NCBI GenBank assembly: GCA_038087875.1
Contig: JAXLNO010000575.1
Coordinates: 310,001-339,755, forward strand
Direction of reading: 5' to 3'
DNA: 29,755 bases
Source: Malacoraja senta
Lineage: Eukaryota
Part shown: one piece after another, positions 1 to 10,955 of the stretch
How the letters are laid out: the number at the start of each line of letters is the position of its first letter
Numbering within the stretch: the stretch's first letter is position 1
The notes under the pieces: generated by a model
The model's input: the letters and a program-made list of their open reading frames with translations, nothing else
Told to the model about the DNA's origin: nothing
The model's database searches: none
Position numbers and translations under genes: made by a program

Positions 1-25
1 CTATCCCCCCCACCCCCACATCAGT

Positions 26-53
26 CTGAAGAAGGGTCTCGACCCGAAACGTC
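26..53 (+). ncRNA. Minimal hammerhead-ribozyme-like motif (Penelope-associated)
   Basis: CTGAAGA-A-GGGT CTCG ACCC-GAAAC-GTC. Confidence 0.6.
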
Positions 54-252
54 GCCTATTTCTTTCGCTCCATAGATGCTGCCTCACCCGCTGAGTTTCT
101 CCACCATTTTTGTCATGAGATGTTGAGATTACTTTAGAGATACAGATTGACACAGAGGGTGGTGGGTGTATGGAACAAGCTGCCAGAGGAGGTAGTTGAG
201 GCAGGGACTATCCCAATGTTTAAGAAACTGTTAGACAGGTACATGGATAATA

Positions 253-465
253 GACACAAAGCTGGAGTAACTGTGGGACAGGCAGCATCTCTGGAGAGAA
301 GGAATGGGTGATATTTCAGTCGAGACCCTTCTTCAGACTGATCACAAAGGTCCCGACACGAAACGTCACCCATTCCTTCGCTCCAGAGATGCTGCCTGTC
401 CCGCTGAGTTAATCCTGCCTTTGTGTCTATCTTTGGTTTAAACCAGCATCTGCAGTTCCTTCCTA
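253..465. mobile_element. Fold-back non-autonomous Penelope-tail derivative inserted in a CR1 3' fragment
   Basis: Arms about 251-317 and 360-429 are inverted; flanked by TAC(A/G)TGGATAATA at 240-252 and 466-478. Confidence 0.65.
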
Positions 466-559
466 TACGTGGATAATAGGATTGGTTTGGAGGGTTGTGG
501 ACAGGTGGGACTGTTGTAGATGGGACATGTAGGCCGGTGTGGGCAAGGTGGGCTGAAGG

Positions 560-2258
560 TAGGGACTTTGTAGAGTGCCTTTGTGATGGATTCTTTGAAC
601 AGCTTGTATTGGAGCCTACCAGGGAGAAGGCAATTCTGGATTTACTGTTATGTAATGAACCGGATTTGATAAAGGACCTCGAGGTTAATGAGCCATTAGG
701 AGGCATCCCAGGGTACTTAAGGTAGTGGCTCTAGAAATCGTGGATGCATTGGTGATAATTTTCCAATGTTCTATAGACTCAGGATCAGTTCCTGTGGATT
801 GGAGGGTAGCTAATGTTATCCCACTTTTTAAGAAAGGTGGGTGAGAGAAAACGGGGAATTATAGACCAGTTAGAATGACATCAGTGGTGGGGAAGATGCT
901 GGAGTCAATTATAAAAGATGAGATAGCCGCACATTTGGATAGCAGTAACAGGATCGGTCCGAGTCAGCATGAATTTACGAAGGGGAAATGATGCTTGACT
1001 AATCTTCTGGAATTTTTTGAAGATGTAACTAGGAAAATAGACAAGGGAGAGCCAGTGGATGTAGTGTACCTGGACGTTCAGAAAGCATTTGATAAGGTCC
1101 CACATAGGAGATTAGTGGGCAAAATTAGGGCACATGGTATTGGGGGTAGAGTGCTGACATGGATAGAGAAGTGGTTGGCAGACAGGAAACAAAGAGTAGG
1201 GATTAACGGGTCCCTTTTAGAATGGCAGGCAGTGACTAGTGAAGTACCGCAAGGCTTGGTGCTGGGACTGCAGCTATTTACAATATAAATCAATGATTTG
1301 GATGAAGGGATTCAAAGTAACATTAGCAAATTTGCAGATGACACAAAGCTGGGTGGCAGTGTGAACTGTGAGGAGGATGCTATGAGAATGCAGGGTGACT
1401 TGGACAGGTTGGGGGAGTGGGCAGATGCATGGCAGATTAAGTTTAATGCGGATAAATGTGAGGTTATCCACTTTGGTAGCAAAAACAGGAAGGCAGATTA
1501 CTATCTAAATGGAGTCAAGTTGGGAAAAGGGGAAGTACAACGGGATCTGGGGGTCCTTGTACATCAGTCTATGAAAGTAAGCATGCAGGTACAGCAGGCA
1601 GTGAAGAAAGCGAATGGCATGTTGGCCTTTATAACAAGAGGAATCGAAGATAGGAGCAAAGAGGTCCTGCAGTTGTACAGAGCCCTAGTGAGACCACTAT
1701 TGTGTGCAGTTTTGGTCCCCTAATTTGAGGAAGGACATTCTTGCTATTGAGGGAGTGCAGCGTAGGTTTACAAGGTTAATTCCCGGGATGGCGGGACGGT
1801 CATATGCTGAGAGAATGGAGCAGCTGGGCTTGTACACTCTGGAGTTTACATGGATGAGATGGGATCTCATTGAAACATATAAGATTGTTAAGGGCTTGGA
1901 CAAGCTAGAGGCAGGAAACATGTTCCCGATGTTGGGGGAGTCCAGAACCAGGGGCCACAGTTTAAGAATAAGGAGTAAGCCATTTAGAACGGAGACAAGG
2001 AAACACTTTTTCTCACAGAGAGTGGTGAGTCTGTGGAATTCTCTGCCTCAGAGGGCAGTGGAGGCCGGTTTTCTGGATGCTTTCAAGAGAGAGCTGGATA
2101 GGGCTCTTAAAAATAGTGGAGTCACGGAATATGGGGAGAAGGCAGGAACGGGGTACTGATTGGGTATGATCAGCCATGATCATATTGAATGGCGGTGCTG
2201 GTTCGAAGGGCCGAATGGCCTACTCCCGCACCTATTATCTATTGTCTATTGTCTACTA
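560..2258 (+). mobile_element. CR1 (HER1-like) LINE, truncated, internally deleted, degraded
   Basis: EPTREKAILDL endonuclease end; YLDVQKAFDKVPH, VPQG, KFADDTKL, RTRGHSL, SQRVVSLWNSLP; (CTATTGT)n tail. Confidence 0.92.
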
Positions 2259-2619
2259 TTCGGGTCGAGGGGACTGTCGGGTCGGAGCACCGCGTCCGGC
2301 CCCGCCTCACCCCGTCCCGACGTAGTGCATCCCATGGAGTGCAGCAGCAGCAGCGCCTCGCCCGTGGCCCCGTCGGTCGGTCGACAGCCCGGCCAGCTGT
2401 CCGACCTTCGGACCTTCGCTTACCGCCGACACCACTACCACCCCTCCTCGGTTCATGGGTTGGACTTGGCGGCAGACTTTGCGCGCGACGTTGCATGGCC
2501 CAGGCCAGCTCATCATTCACCCAGCCACGGCCGAGTCAGTCAACGAATTGCCGTCGGGAATTTGTCCCTTATTTTGACCTTTTGTCCCTTATTTGGGAGT
2601 GAGAAAGTTGGCCACCCAA
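2259..2619. mobile_element. GC-rich putative hAT-like non-autonomous DNA transposon, right part
   Basis: Ends AAAGTTGGCCACCC, resembling a GTTGGCAACCCT hAT-type TIR; subterminal TTTGTCCCTTATTT twice. Confidence 0.4.
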
Positions 2620-2734
2620 ACCGAAAGGCCTGCTTCACGATGTATCACTCTGTGACTCTGTGACTCTATGATACAGTGTTAGAGACATGACAAACATTCT
2701 TAGGCTACTAAGGAAGTAGAGGCATTGGTGTGCT

Positions 2735-3045
2735 ATACTTTAGACTTTAGAGATACAGCATGGGTACAGGCCCTTCGGCCCACCGAGTCCGCACCAACCG
2801 GCGATCCCCGCACATTAACACTACCTTGCACACACTAGGGACAATTTACATTTACACCAAGCCAATTAATGTACAAACCTGCACGTCTTTGGAGTGTGGG
2901 AGGAAACCGAAGATCTCGGAGAAAACCCATGCAGGTCACGGGGAGAACGTACAAACTCCGTACAGATAGCACCCGTGGTGAGGATCTAACCGGGGTCTTG
3001 GCGCTGTAAAGCAGTAGCTCTACCTGCTGCGCCACCGTGCTGCCC
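2735..3045 (-). mobile_element. tRNA-derived V-SINE (HE1-like), full length
   Basis: A-box TGGCGCAGCAGG, B-box GGTTAGATCC, V-domain GGAGTTTGTACGTTCTCCCCGTG..GGTTTCCTCCCACACTCCAAAGAC, LINE-like tail (CTAAAGT)n. Confidence 0.88.
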
Positions 3046-4221
3046 ACGAGCCGGGCAGTGGACGCTGTGTCTGGCTGGGTGTTTGGTGATGCCATGTGTA
3101 GGAAGGAACTGCAGATGCTGGCTTACACCAAAGATAGACACAAAATGCTGGAGTAATGGACAGGACAGGTTTGGAGAGATATGGACCAAACGCAGGCAGG
3201 TGGGGCTAGTGTAGCTGGGCAATGTTGGCTGGTGTGGGCAAGTTGGGCCGAAGGGCCTGTTTCCATGCTGTATCACTCTGTGACTCTATGACTCAGCATC
3301 ACTCCCCCACCCTAGTTCTCCCACTAGTTCCGCTGTCCTCCTGATTAAATATTACTGATTGTAAGCCTCGTTGTCAACTTCCCCTTCTACATCTCCTTGA
3401 TCACAGTCCCCTTTGATCTGTATTTTCACACCTTACCCTTCCATATCTCTATCCCTCTCCCCTGACTCTCAGTCTGAAGAAGGGTCTCAACCTGAACCAT
3501 CACCCATTCCTTCTCTCCAGAGATGTTGCCTGTCCTGCTGAGTTACTCCACCATTTTGTGTCCTTCAACAAATGAAATGTGAGTTACTTGGGACTTTAAA
3601 CCATTATTTCATTAGGCTTTAAACTATACATTTTAGAGATACAGCACGGAAACAGACCGTTCAGCCCGTCCCGACCAGTGATCACCCCATAAACTAGCAT
3701 TATCCTACACACTAGGGACATCTCTCCCTCCGAACCCCATTCTCCTGCCTTCTCCCCATAACCCCTGACACCCATACTAATCAAGAATCTATCACACTCC
3801 AACTTGGCCTCCACAGCAGTCTGGGGCAATTAATTCCACAGATTCACCACCCTCTGTATGAAATCATGAGAGGAATAGATCGGGTAGATGCACAGAATCT
3901 GTTGCCCAGAGTAGGTGAATCGAGGACCAGAGGACATAGGTTTAAGATGATGTGGGGATATGTACCAAACGCAGGCAGGTGGGACTAGTGTAGCTGGGAC
4001 ATGTTGGCCGGTGTGGGCAAGATACATTTGTTTCCATGATGTATCACTCTATGACTCTGTGACCCTGACTAAAGAAGTTTGTCCTCATCTCCTTTTTGCT
4101 TCGGCCTCTGGTTCCAGTCTCCCCCACTGGTGGAACCTGTTGCTATGACTTATGAACTTGCAAGCAATGTGCATCAGATCGGTACAAACTACCCTGCAGA
4201 ATTAATCTGTGACCACCTCTC

Positions 4222-4715
4222 TTCCAACGTGACGAATACTCTATTGAACTTCTACACGTGTACAGTAGGAAGCAGACTGACGGGTTGCATCACGGCCTGG
4301 TTCAGCAACTCAAACGCCCAGGAACGAAGGAGACTACAGTGAGTGGTGGACACTGCCCGGTCCATCACAGTACTGACCTCCACACCATCGAAGGTCCATC
4401 ACAGTACTGACCTCCCCACCATCGAATGTCCATCACAGTACTGACCTCCCCACCATCGAATGTCCATCACAGTACTGACCCCACCATCGAAGGTCCATCA
4501 CAGTACTGACCCCACCATCGAAGGGATCGAGAGGAGTCGCTGCCTCAAAAAGGCAGCCAGCATCATCAGAGACCCACACCACTCTGGTCACGCTCTCATC
4601 ACGCTGCGACCATCGGGAAGAAGGTACAGGAGCCTGAAAAACGTGACCTCCAGGTTCAAGAACAGCTTCTTCCCAGCAACCATCAGTCTGTTGAACCCTG
4701 CACATCACTAACCTC
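4222..4715 (+). mobile_element. Rex1/Babar-like LINE ORF C-terminal fragment
   Basis: LLNFYTCTVGSRLTGCITAWF..RRRLQ..IIRDPHHSGH..PSGRRYRS..TSRFKNSFFP. Confidence 0.78.
4359..4522 (+). repeat. Minisatellite, 5 copies of 31-34 bp
   Basis: GTCCATCACAGTACTGACCTCCCCACCATCGAA repeated in tandem inside the LINE fragment. Confidence 0.95.
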
Positions 4716-4734
4716 AGCGACTGTGATCTTTATG

Positions 4735-4880
4735 GAGTTACTCCAGCACTCTGTGAAACGTCACCTATCCATGTTCTCCACAGATGCTGCCTGACCCGCT
4801 GAGTTACTCCAGCACTCTGTGAAACGTCACCTATCCATGTTCTCCACAGATGCTGCCTGACCCGCTGAGTTACTCCAGAA
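4735..4880 (+). repeat. Tandem duplication of about 66 bp of Penelope-tail-like sequence
   Basis: GAGTTACTCCAGCACTCTGTGAAACGTCACCTATCC..GACCCGCT twice plus a partial third copy. Confidence 0.85.
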
Positions 4881-4979
4881 CTTTGTGTCTACTGTTTCTA
4901 CAAGCACCTTTATTCCTTGTATCAACATCTGTGGTTGGAATGGACAGACGACATTTCGGGTCGGGACCCTTCTTCAGAT

Positions 4980-5475
4980 GTTAGTTAGTTAGTTAGTTTA
5001 TTGTAACGTGTACCGAGGTACTGTGAAAAACGTTTTTGTTGCGTGCTATCCAGTCAGTGGAAAGACTACACATGATTACAATTAAGAGACTAATGTTTAG
5101 TCCAGTAAAGTCCAATTAAAGATAGTCCGAGGGTCTCCAATGAGGTAGATGGGAGGTCAGGACTGCTCTCTACTTGGTGAGAGGACGGTTCAGTTGCCTG
5201 ATAACAGCCGGGAAGAAACTGGTCCCTGTATCTGGAGGTGTGCGTTTTCACACTTCTGTACCCCTTGCCCGATAGGAGAGGGGAGAAGAGGGAGTGATCG
5301 GGGTGAGACTGGTCCTTGATTATGCTGCTGGCCTTGCCGAGGCAGCATGAGGTGTAGATGGAGTCAATGGAAGGGAGATTGGTTTGTGTGATGGTCTGGG
5401 CTGCGTCCACAATTCTCTGCAATATCTCGCGGTTTTGGATGGAGCTGTTCCCAAACCGTGTTGTGATGCAACCCG
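4980..5475 (-). mobile_element. Rex1/Babar-like LINE 3' end
   Basis: QRIVDAAQTITQTNLPSIDSIY..IIKDQSHPDHSLFSPLLSGKGYRS; tail ACAATAAA(CTAA)n. Confidence 0.78.
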
Positions 5476-5695
5476 ACGTGAGAGAGTTTAATGTAAACGC
5501 GAGTGAATAAAAGACTTTACCTGCCAGTTGAAAGGACGCGATCGTCTCTACAAGACGCCAAGCCTCAGGAAGACAAAACCAACAGCGCTCAACGAGAACA
5601 ATTCATTACGTTTTGGAGAGAGGGGAGAGGTGGAGGGTGAGTCTTCAAGTGAGAGAAAGCAGAAGTGGTTCAGCAAATGATACTGCCTTTATCAA

Positions 5696-6048
5696 TTGTG
5701 TAATGAGGAAGGATGAGTTAGTGATCTTGTTGTGCAGAGCCCCTTGGGCAACAGTGACCATAATATGGTGGAACTCTGCATTATGATGGGGAGTGACCCG
5801 GTTAATTCAGAGACTAGGGTCCTGAACTTAAAGAAAGGAGACTTTGAAGGCATGAGACGGGAATTGGCTCGGACAGACTGGCAAATTATATTTAAAGGGT
5901 TGACGGAGATGCAATGGCAAAGATTTAAAGATCGCATGGATGAACTCCAGAAATTGTCCATCCCTGTCGGGCGAAAAAATAAAACGGGGAAGGCGGCTCA
6001 ACCGTGGCTGACGAGGGAAGTCAAGGATAGTGTTAAATCCAAGGCAGA
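5696..6048 (+). mobile_element. CR1 ORF2 fragment (endonuclease end and linker)
   Basis: PLGNSDHNMV..VLNLKKGDFEGMRRELA..QPWLTREVK. Confidence 0.8.
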
Positions 6049-6750
6049 GGCCTGGAAACAGTTGAAATTCAGTCTTAAATTGAGAAACATGTCTCTCCTT
6101 CTTCCTATTGCAAACAATCCCTCGTTTAAACCGTCTACTTTAGATATGGTGTTTATTCAATGGAAGAACCTGGGAATCAATACTGTGGGAGACCTCTATA
6201 AGAAGGGGATTCTCTCTTCTTTTCCAGAACTACAGGAGAAATATTACTTGAACGCCAACAATTATTTTAGATACCTTCAAATCCGAGATTATGTGAAAAC
6301 ATATACACAAGACTGTCCTCTTATGGGTCCAGATATATTAGACGATTGTTTGAATAGACATGCCGATACAAGTAAGTTGATATCTTACATTTATAACACT
6401 CTTCTAAATATTGATACCCCACCTTCTGAGATTTACAGGCGAGCATGGGAGAACGAGCTGGGTTTACCCATTTCAAAAGATATATGGGAGGAAAGCCTAT
6501 TATACATACATTACTGTTCTTTAAATGCCAGGCATTGCCTGATACAATTCAAAGTATTGCATAGGTTATACTACGCAAAGACCAAATTGAACAAGATCTT
6601 CCCAACTGTCTCCCCTCTCTGTGATAAATGTCACCTCCAAGAAGCTACCCTAACCCATTATTTCGTATCCTGTATAAAAATACAACATTTCTGGGTGGGA
6701 ATATTCAATACCATTTCTAAAACTCTCAAAATTCAATTGTAGTCAGATTC
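6049..6750 (+). mobile_element. L1 ORF2 C-terminal fragment, cut by the DIRS element
   Basis: Protein clearly homologous to about 12860-13550 (WKQ..LKLRN.SLL.PI.NNPSFKPS; QFK.LHRLYY.KTKLNKIFP.VSP.CDKC). Confidence 0.88.
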
Positions 6751-7020
6751 AAAATAGTAAGATTAAATGAGAACTTACCAGTTTGAAGTTTGATCTTTAT
6801 TTTATGAGTTACGATGAGCGATTACATGAAGAACCCCGCGGTGTGAAATCACAGATAACAGTAATTGAAGTAACATAGTAAGATAAGAAACCTAGAACTA
6901 CCAGATGACCTTTGTGATATGAGGGTTGGGAGCTGTGGGCACGTAATCGCTCATCGTAACTCCTCATAAAATAAAGATCAAACTTCAAACTGGTAAGTTC
7001 TCATTTAATCTTACTATTTT
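6751..7020. repeat. Inverted repeat of about 80 bp (6751-6828 vs 6940-7020): DIRS right terminus and ICR
   Basis: AAAATAGTAAGATTAAATGAGAACTTACC... is the reverse complement of ...GGTAAGTTCTCATTTAATCTTACTATTTT; one 3-bp indel and one mismatch. Confidence 0.93.
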
Positions 7021-7226
7021 ACTTCAGAGTCACGTGAGTGATTCCGTGAAGATTTCAAAGCTCTGTGATTTCATGCCGTAGATACGAATCCAGGCGTCTC
7101 ACTGCATCAATTGACTCAGGATGAGTGAATAATAAACAATTCATTGAATCATGGCATTGATTTTAATCTGTTAATGGTTTATTTAACAAAGAAAAACAAT
7201 AGCGACCCCTCTCTCCCAGGGGGAAG

Positions 7227-8210
7227 CTATGAAACAGAACTTAAAATAGAATGGGCGAACACCCCCGGTTCGGTAAGCGGTTTGTTATAGAACCTTTGAA
7301 AAATCAGTTCATTTGACCATCCTGCGGCCGCGAGGATATGGTCGAGAGGTAAGTCCATTGCCCTCACTGCTGACGTTGATGCCGCCCTGGTGGAGTGAGA
7401 TTTAAAATTGTCAGTGTCTACTCCTGCACAAACCAGAACCTGTTTCAGCCACCTTGAAATGGTCTGAACCGACACTTTCATATGTGGCTTTTTGTGGCTA
7501 ATAAATAATGCTGATTCCGAACCTCTGAGGCTCTTGGTGACCTTGATATAATATTGAAAGTGCGACACTACACACAGTCGTAAATCCGTGGGGTATGCCT
7601 AAAAAATAAGCTTGAACCCTGACACCCCTGGTCTGCTCTGCTTAATTAAATCATAAATGTAAAATGTAATGTTATTTCCAGATGATACCATCCTGTCCAG
7701 TCGCAGCTTCTGCAACATCTGGACCCGTTGCGCTGAAACCAGCCCCATGAGCATGACCACCTTAAGGGTGATTTTGGGCAAAGACAGGGCTGTGGCTGGC
7801 GCCCACTGGCGAAGCAGCGTGAGTACCACACTCACATCCCAGATTTCAGAATACCTGGGCCTGGGGGGATTGGAATTAAAAATACCCTTCATAAACCGGG
7901 ATATTAAAGGGTGAGATCCAACAGAATGTTGTTCCGACCCCAGCCATAAGTATGATGACAGGGCACTCCTGGCACTATTGATGGCACTATAGCTCAACCC
8001 TTCATCAAAATATAGTGTTGACAGAAATTTTAGCACATCTGAGATGCATGCCGTGTGATATGTAATGTTCCCCCGTAAGCAGAACACCTCCCATTTCCTG
8101 ACATGAGAGATGTACTGTTTTTTGGTACTATCCCTCCAGGCCGCAGTGATCACATCCACGGTGCGATCAGATAGTCCAAGCCCCAGGTATGGCCTCCTCA
8201 GAATCTGCAA
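7227..8210 (-). pseudogene. DIRS tyrosine recombinase, one frameshift near 7600
   Basis: SAQRVQ, FKSHSTRAASTS and AGWS..F.RFYNK give the catalytic R, HxxR, W and Y. Confidence 0.88.
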
Positions 8211-8276
8211 ATTAACAGATCAATACGGTCATGTAATGGATGTTGATCCCCAGTTACAGGGTGCACCAGTAGGTCA

Positions 8277-8640
8277 CTATGTTATTATCTCCAAAATGAG
8301 AGGGAACCATGGCTGTGTAGGCCAGTCGGGTACCACCAAAACTCCTGAGGCGGAGTCCTGCTTGATCTTGAGCAAGCACCGACTGATGAGGCAAAATGGG
8401 GGAAATGCATATAAAAACATTCCACCCCAATGTAGCGAGAATGCATCTACCGCTACTGCCCCTGGGTCTGGTTCCCATGAAACATACTTAGGTAACTGGT
8501 GATTGAGTCTGGATGCAAACAAATCGATATCTGGCATCCCATACCGAACAACAATATCATTAAATACATCATGATTCAACATCCATTCTGTGTTGTCATT
8601 GAATTTGCGTGACCTGGTGTCTGCCACCATGTTGAACCTA
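8277..8640 (-). pseudogene. DIRS DNA adenine methyltransferase-like (MT) domain
   Basis: EWML..PDIDLFASRLNHQLPKYVSW..DAFSLHW..LYAFPPF..VLVVPDWPTQPWF following RNase H. Confidence 0.8.
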
Positions 8641-9646
8641 CCTGGTAGGTAGATAGCAGAAACCCAAATGTTTCTTGTAATACACCAGTGCCAAATAAGA
8701 TTAGCCAATCTATCACAAGATTCCGACTTGATACCACCCATGTGATTAACATAAGCCACTGCGTAGTGTTGTCAATCTGAAGCTGAACATGCAAGTGACG
8801 CTTAGTAGTGCAATAAGCCTTAAGCCCATAAAATGCTCCCAATAGCTCTAAATAGTTAATCCCATGTGATTGAAGAATAAATACCTCATGCATATTCCAT
8901 CTGCCTCCACAGCTAGAGATGGTATCAGTAGCACCTCAACCTAGGGCACTAACATCAGTCTGTAAGACAACTGAAGGTTCCTCAACCAGAATTTTGCTGG
9001 AGCAACTTGAGATGTTCATTATCCACCACTGCACTTCAGCAATGGCTTCAGCTGGTAATTGCATGGGCCTGTCAAAATGACCTGCATGTATCCTGAGTTC
9101 CTGGTCCTTTGCACGTTGTAAATTTTGGTAATGCAAAGGTCCAAACAGTGCAGCTGGAAAGGCAGCCACTAATTTGCCAATCAAGCTGGCCACATGTCTA
9201 ATTGAAGGTTGTTGCTCCACCATGAGCTTGTTACAGCCTTCAATTAAATCTAATCTCTTGCCCCTGGGCAGAGTCACTGACATGTGAGTTGAGTTAATAG
9301 TGAATCCAAAATAATCAATAACTCTAACTGGTATCAATTTGGATTTAACTGGATGAATGAGAAACCCCAATCTCTCAAACTGAAACAGATAATTCAGCTG
9401 CTTTGAGTTTTTCCTATGATTAATATATTATCCAAATAAGCCATTACAATATGACCCTGAGCCCGGAGTAGCCCCAGTACTGGTATTAACAGTTTTGTAA
9501 ATAATCTAGGGGCTGAGGTTAACCCATTAGGCAGTGCTTTACATAGCCATAATTGCCTCATCCTGCTAAATTTCAAATATCTCTGATGAACCCTATGAAC
9601 AGGCACTGAGTAATATGCATCCTTAAGATCTATACATGCCATATAT

Positions 9647-9867
9647 ATTCCCTCCCACAACTGATCCGAAATTCTGAGTCCCTCACCATCTTCCAGTCCC
9701 GCCTCAAGACCCATCTCTTCACCTCTGCATACCCTTAGTCCCATGTTCCCCTCCCCTTTGCATCTCTGTCTTACTGCTCTATTTTGTTTTGTTTATTCTT
9801 GACTCTCAATGTAAAGCGACTTTGAGTCCTGAAAAGCGCTATATAAATAAAATGTATTATTATTATT
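9647..9867 (+). mobile_element. L2-type LINE 3' fragment
   Basis: SLPQLIRNSESLTIFQSRLKTHLFTSAYP* followed by TGTAAAGCGACTTTGAG..GAAAAGCGCTATATAAATAAAATG(TAT)n. Confidence 0.82.
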
Positions 9868-10202
9868 ATCTCAAAGGCCTCGGACATTTGTTATTGCCCC
9901 TTAAAGATTCTAGTTTCCTCTCTCATCACTTCCTCCCTCATAAACATCGGACATTTGGTGCAAGGCATTTTACATATCAAATAGATCAATCTAGTTTCTT
10001 CTCTGCTTCCTCTCTCGTCACTTGGGAGACAAATGCTATAGTATTCATTATCTCAATACACTGCAACCCGAGGCAACTTAACTTGCCTTTCTGTATTATT
10101 CTACTGGAGAAAAGCCTAATTTGAGACTAAATATAAGCTGTAAGCTAGCCCAGGAACCAATTTAATATCTTCTTATATTTTTAACTTAATTCAGCCTTAT
10201 CA
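9868..10202 (-). repeat. ERV 3' LTR, truncated (U3 part only)
   Basis: 335 bp homologous to the 5' LTR with the same TGATAAGGCTG start at 10202; homology stops at the (TAT)n tail of an L2-type fragment. Confidence 0.92.
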
Positions 10203-10214
10203 TTCCATCCTTTT
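10203..10214 (-). promoter_or_regulatory. Polypurine tract (PPT)
   Basis: Minus strand AAAAGGATGGAA directly abuts the TG of the 3' LTR, about 20 bp after the env stop. Confidence 0.8.
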
Positions 10215-10955
10215 ATCAACATTTTGATAACAACTAGAGTCCTTGCCGAGTACATACGAAAGACCATAAGCATCTCATCAGACAAATTAATAGTACAACT
10301 AGTAATGCAATCAATCCATAGTGGACAATCGTTCCCCAAGTCCCTCCAAACAGATTAAATGGCCACCAACCTCCCCCGGAGCTATAATCATGGAATTCAG
10401 CTCCTACCTTCCTTATTTTAGCTACTTCCATTCTGATATGGGCAGCCAAGTTGGTAATGTTGGAGGAAACATCGGGAATAAAAGTGCAACATTCTCGACC
10501 TATTATTGCACATGTCCCTCCTTTTTCTGCTAGGATAAAATCTAAGGCCATTCTGTTTTGTAATACTACAGTCCTCATAGCTACCATCTCAGCTGTCACC
10601 CCTTCTACCTCCCCCTGGGTTGCACTCAAGGAGACGGCAGTGGCATTAGCAAGTGTCTCTAAAGCGGAGGCCATAGTAATTAGTTCCCGTGACACTATTA
10701 TACTATCATAGGACAGGAAGAGGATCATAAAAAATTGTTCAGCCTTCGATAGGCTTCGCTTGGATATCCCCATGTGCTGGTGCAACTGGTTCATGCTTCT
10801 CATACGTGGGACCACATATGCAACATAACACTCTGTCCAGTGATGGGGTCCTTTTAGTCGTTCCCAAGTTGCCCCGTCTGCCGTCCCCATTCCTGGTAAC
10901 CATGGGTAGGCCCAGGATCCACATACAAAATATGTGCCATTAACTTGTCGGGGTG

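Larger units (their letters stand above)
6751..9646 (-). mobile_element. DIRS1-type tyrosine-recombinase retrotransposon, 3' half (RT, RNase H, MT, YR, ICR/ITR), degraded
   Basis: IDLKDAYY..LPNGLTSAPRLFTK..YLDN RT; LQTD, INYLEL, QIDN RNase H; IDLFAS..YAFPPF..PDWPTQPWF methyltransferase-like; YR motifs; terminal fold-back. Confidence 0.93.

Noticed and set aside
4116..4180. Plus-strand exon after a pyrimidine tract ending TTCCAG
   Set aside because: Weak donor (GTACAA), no recognisable protein, no supporting neighbouring exons
5732..6742. 336-aa ORF as a novel gene
   Set aside because: Chance in-frame junction of a CR1 fragment and an L1 fragment at about 6048, terminated at the DIRS boundary; no complete domain
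9394..9744. N-terminal part of this ORF as DIRS RT
   Set aside because: Residues before YMACIDL come from the antisense strand of the L2-type fragment
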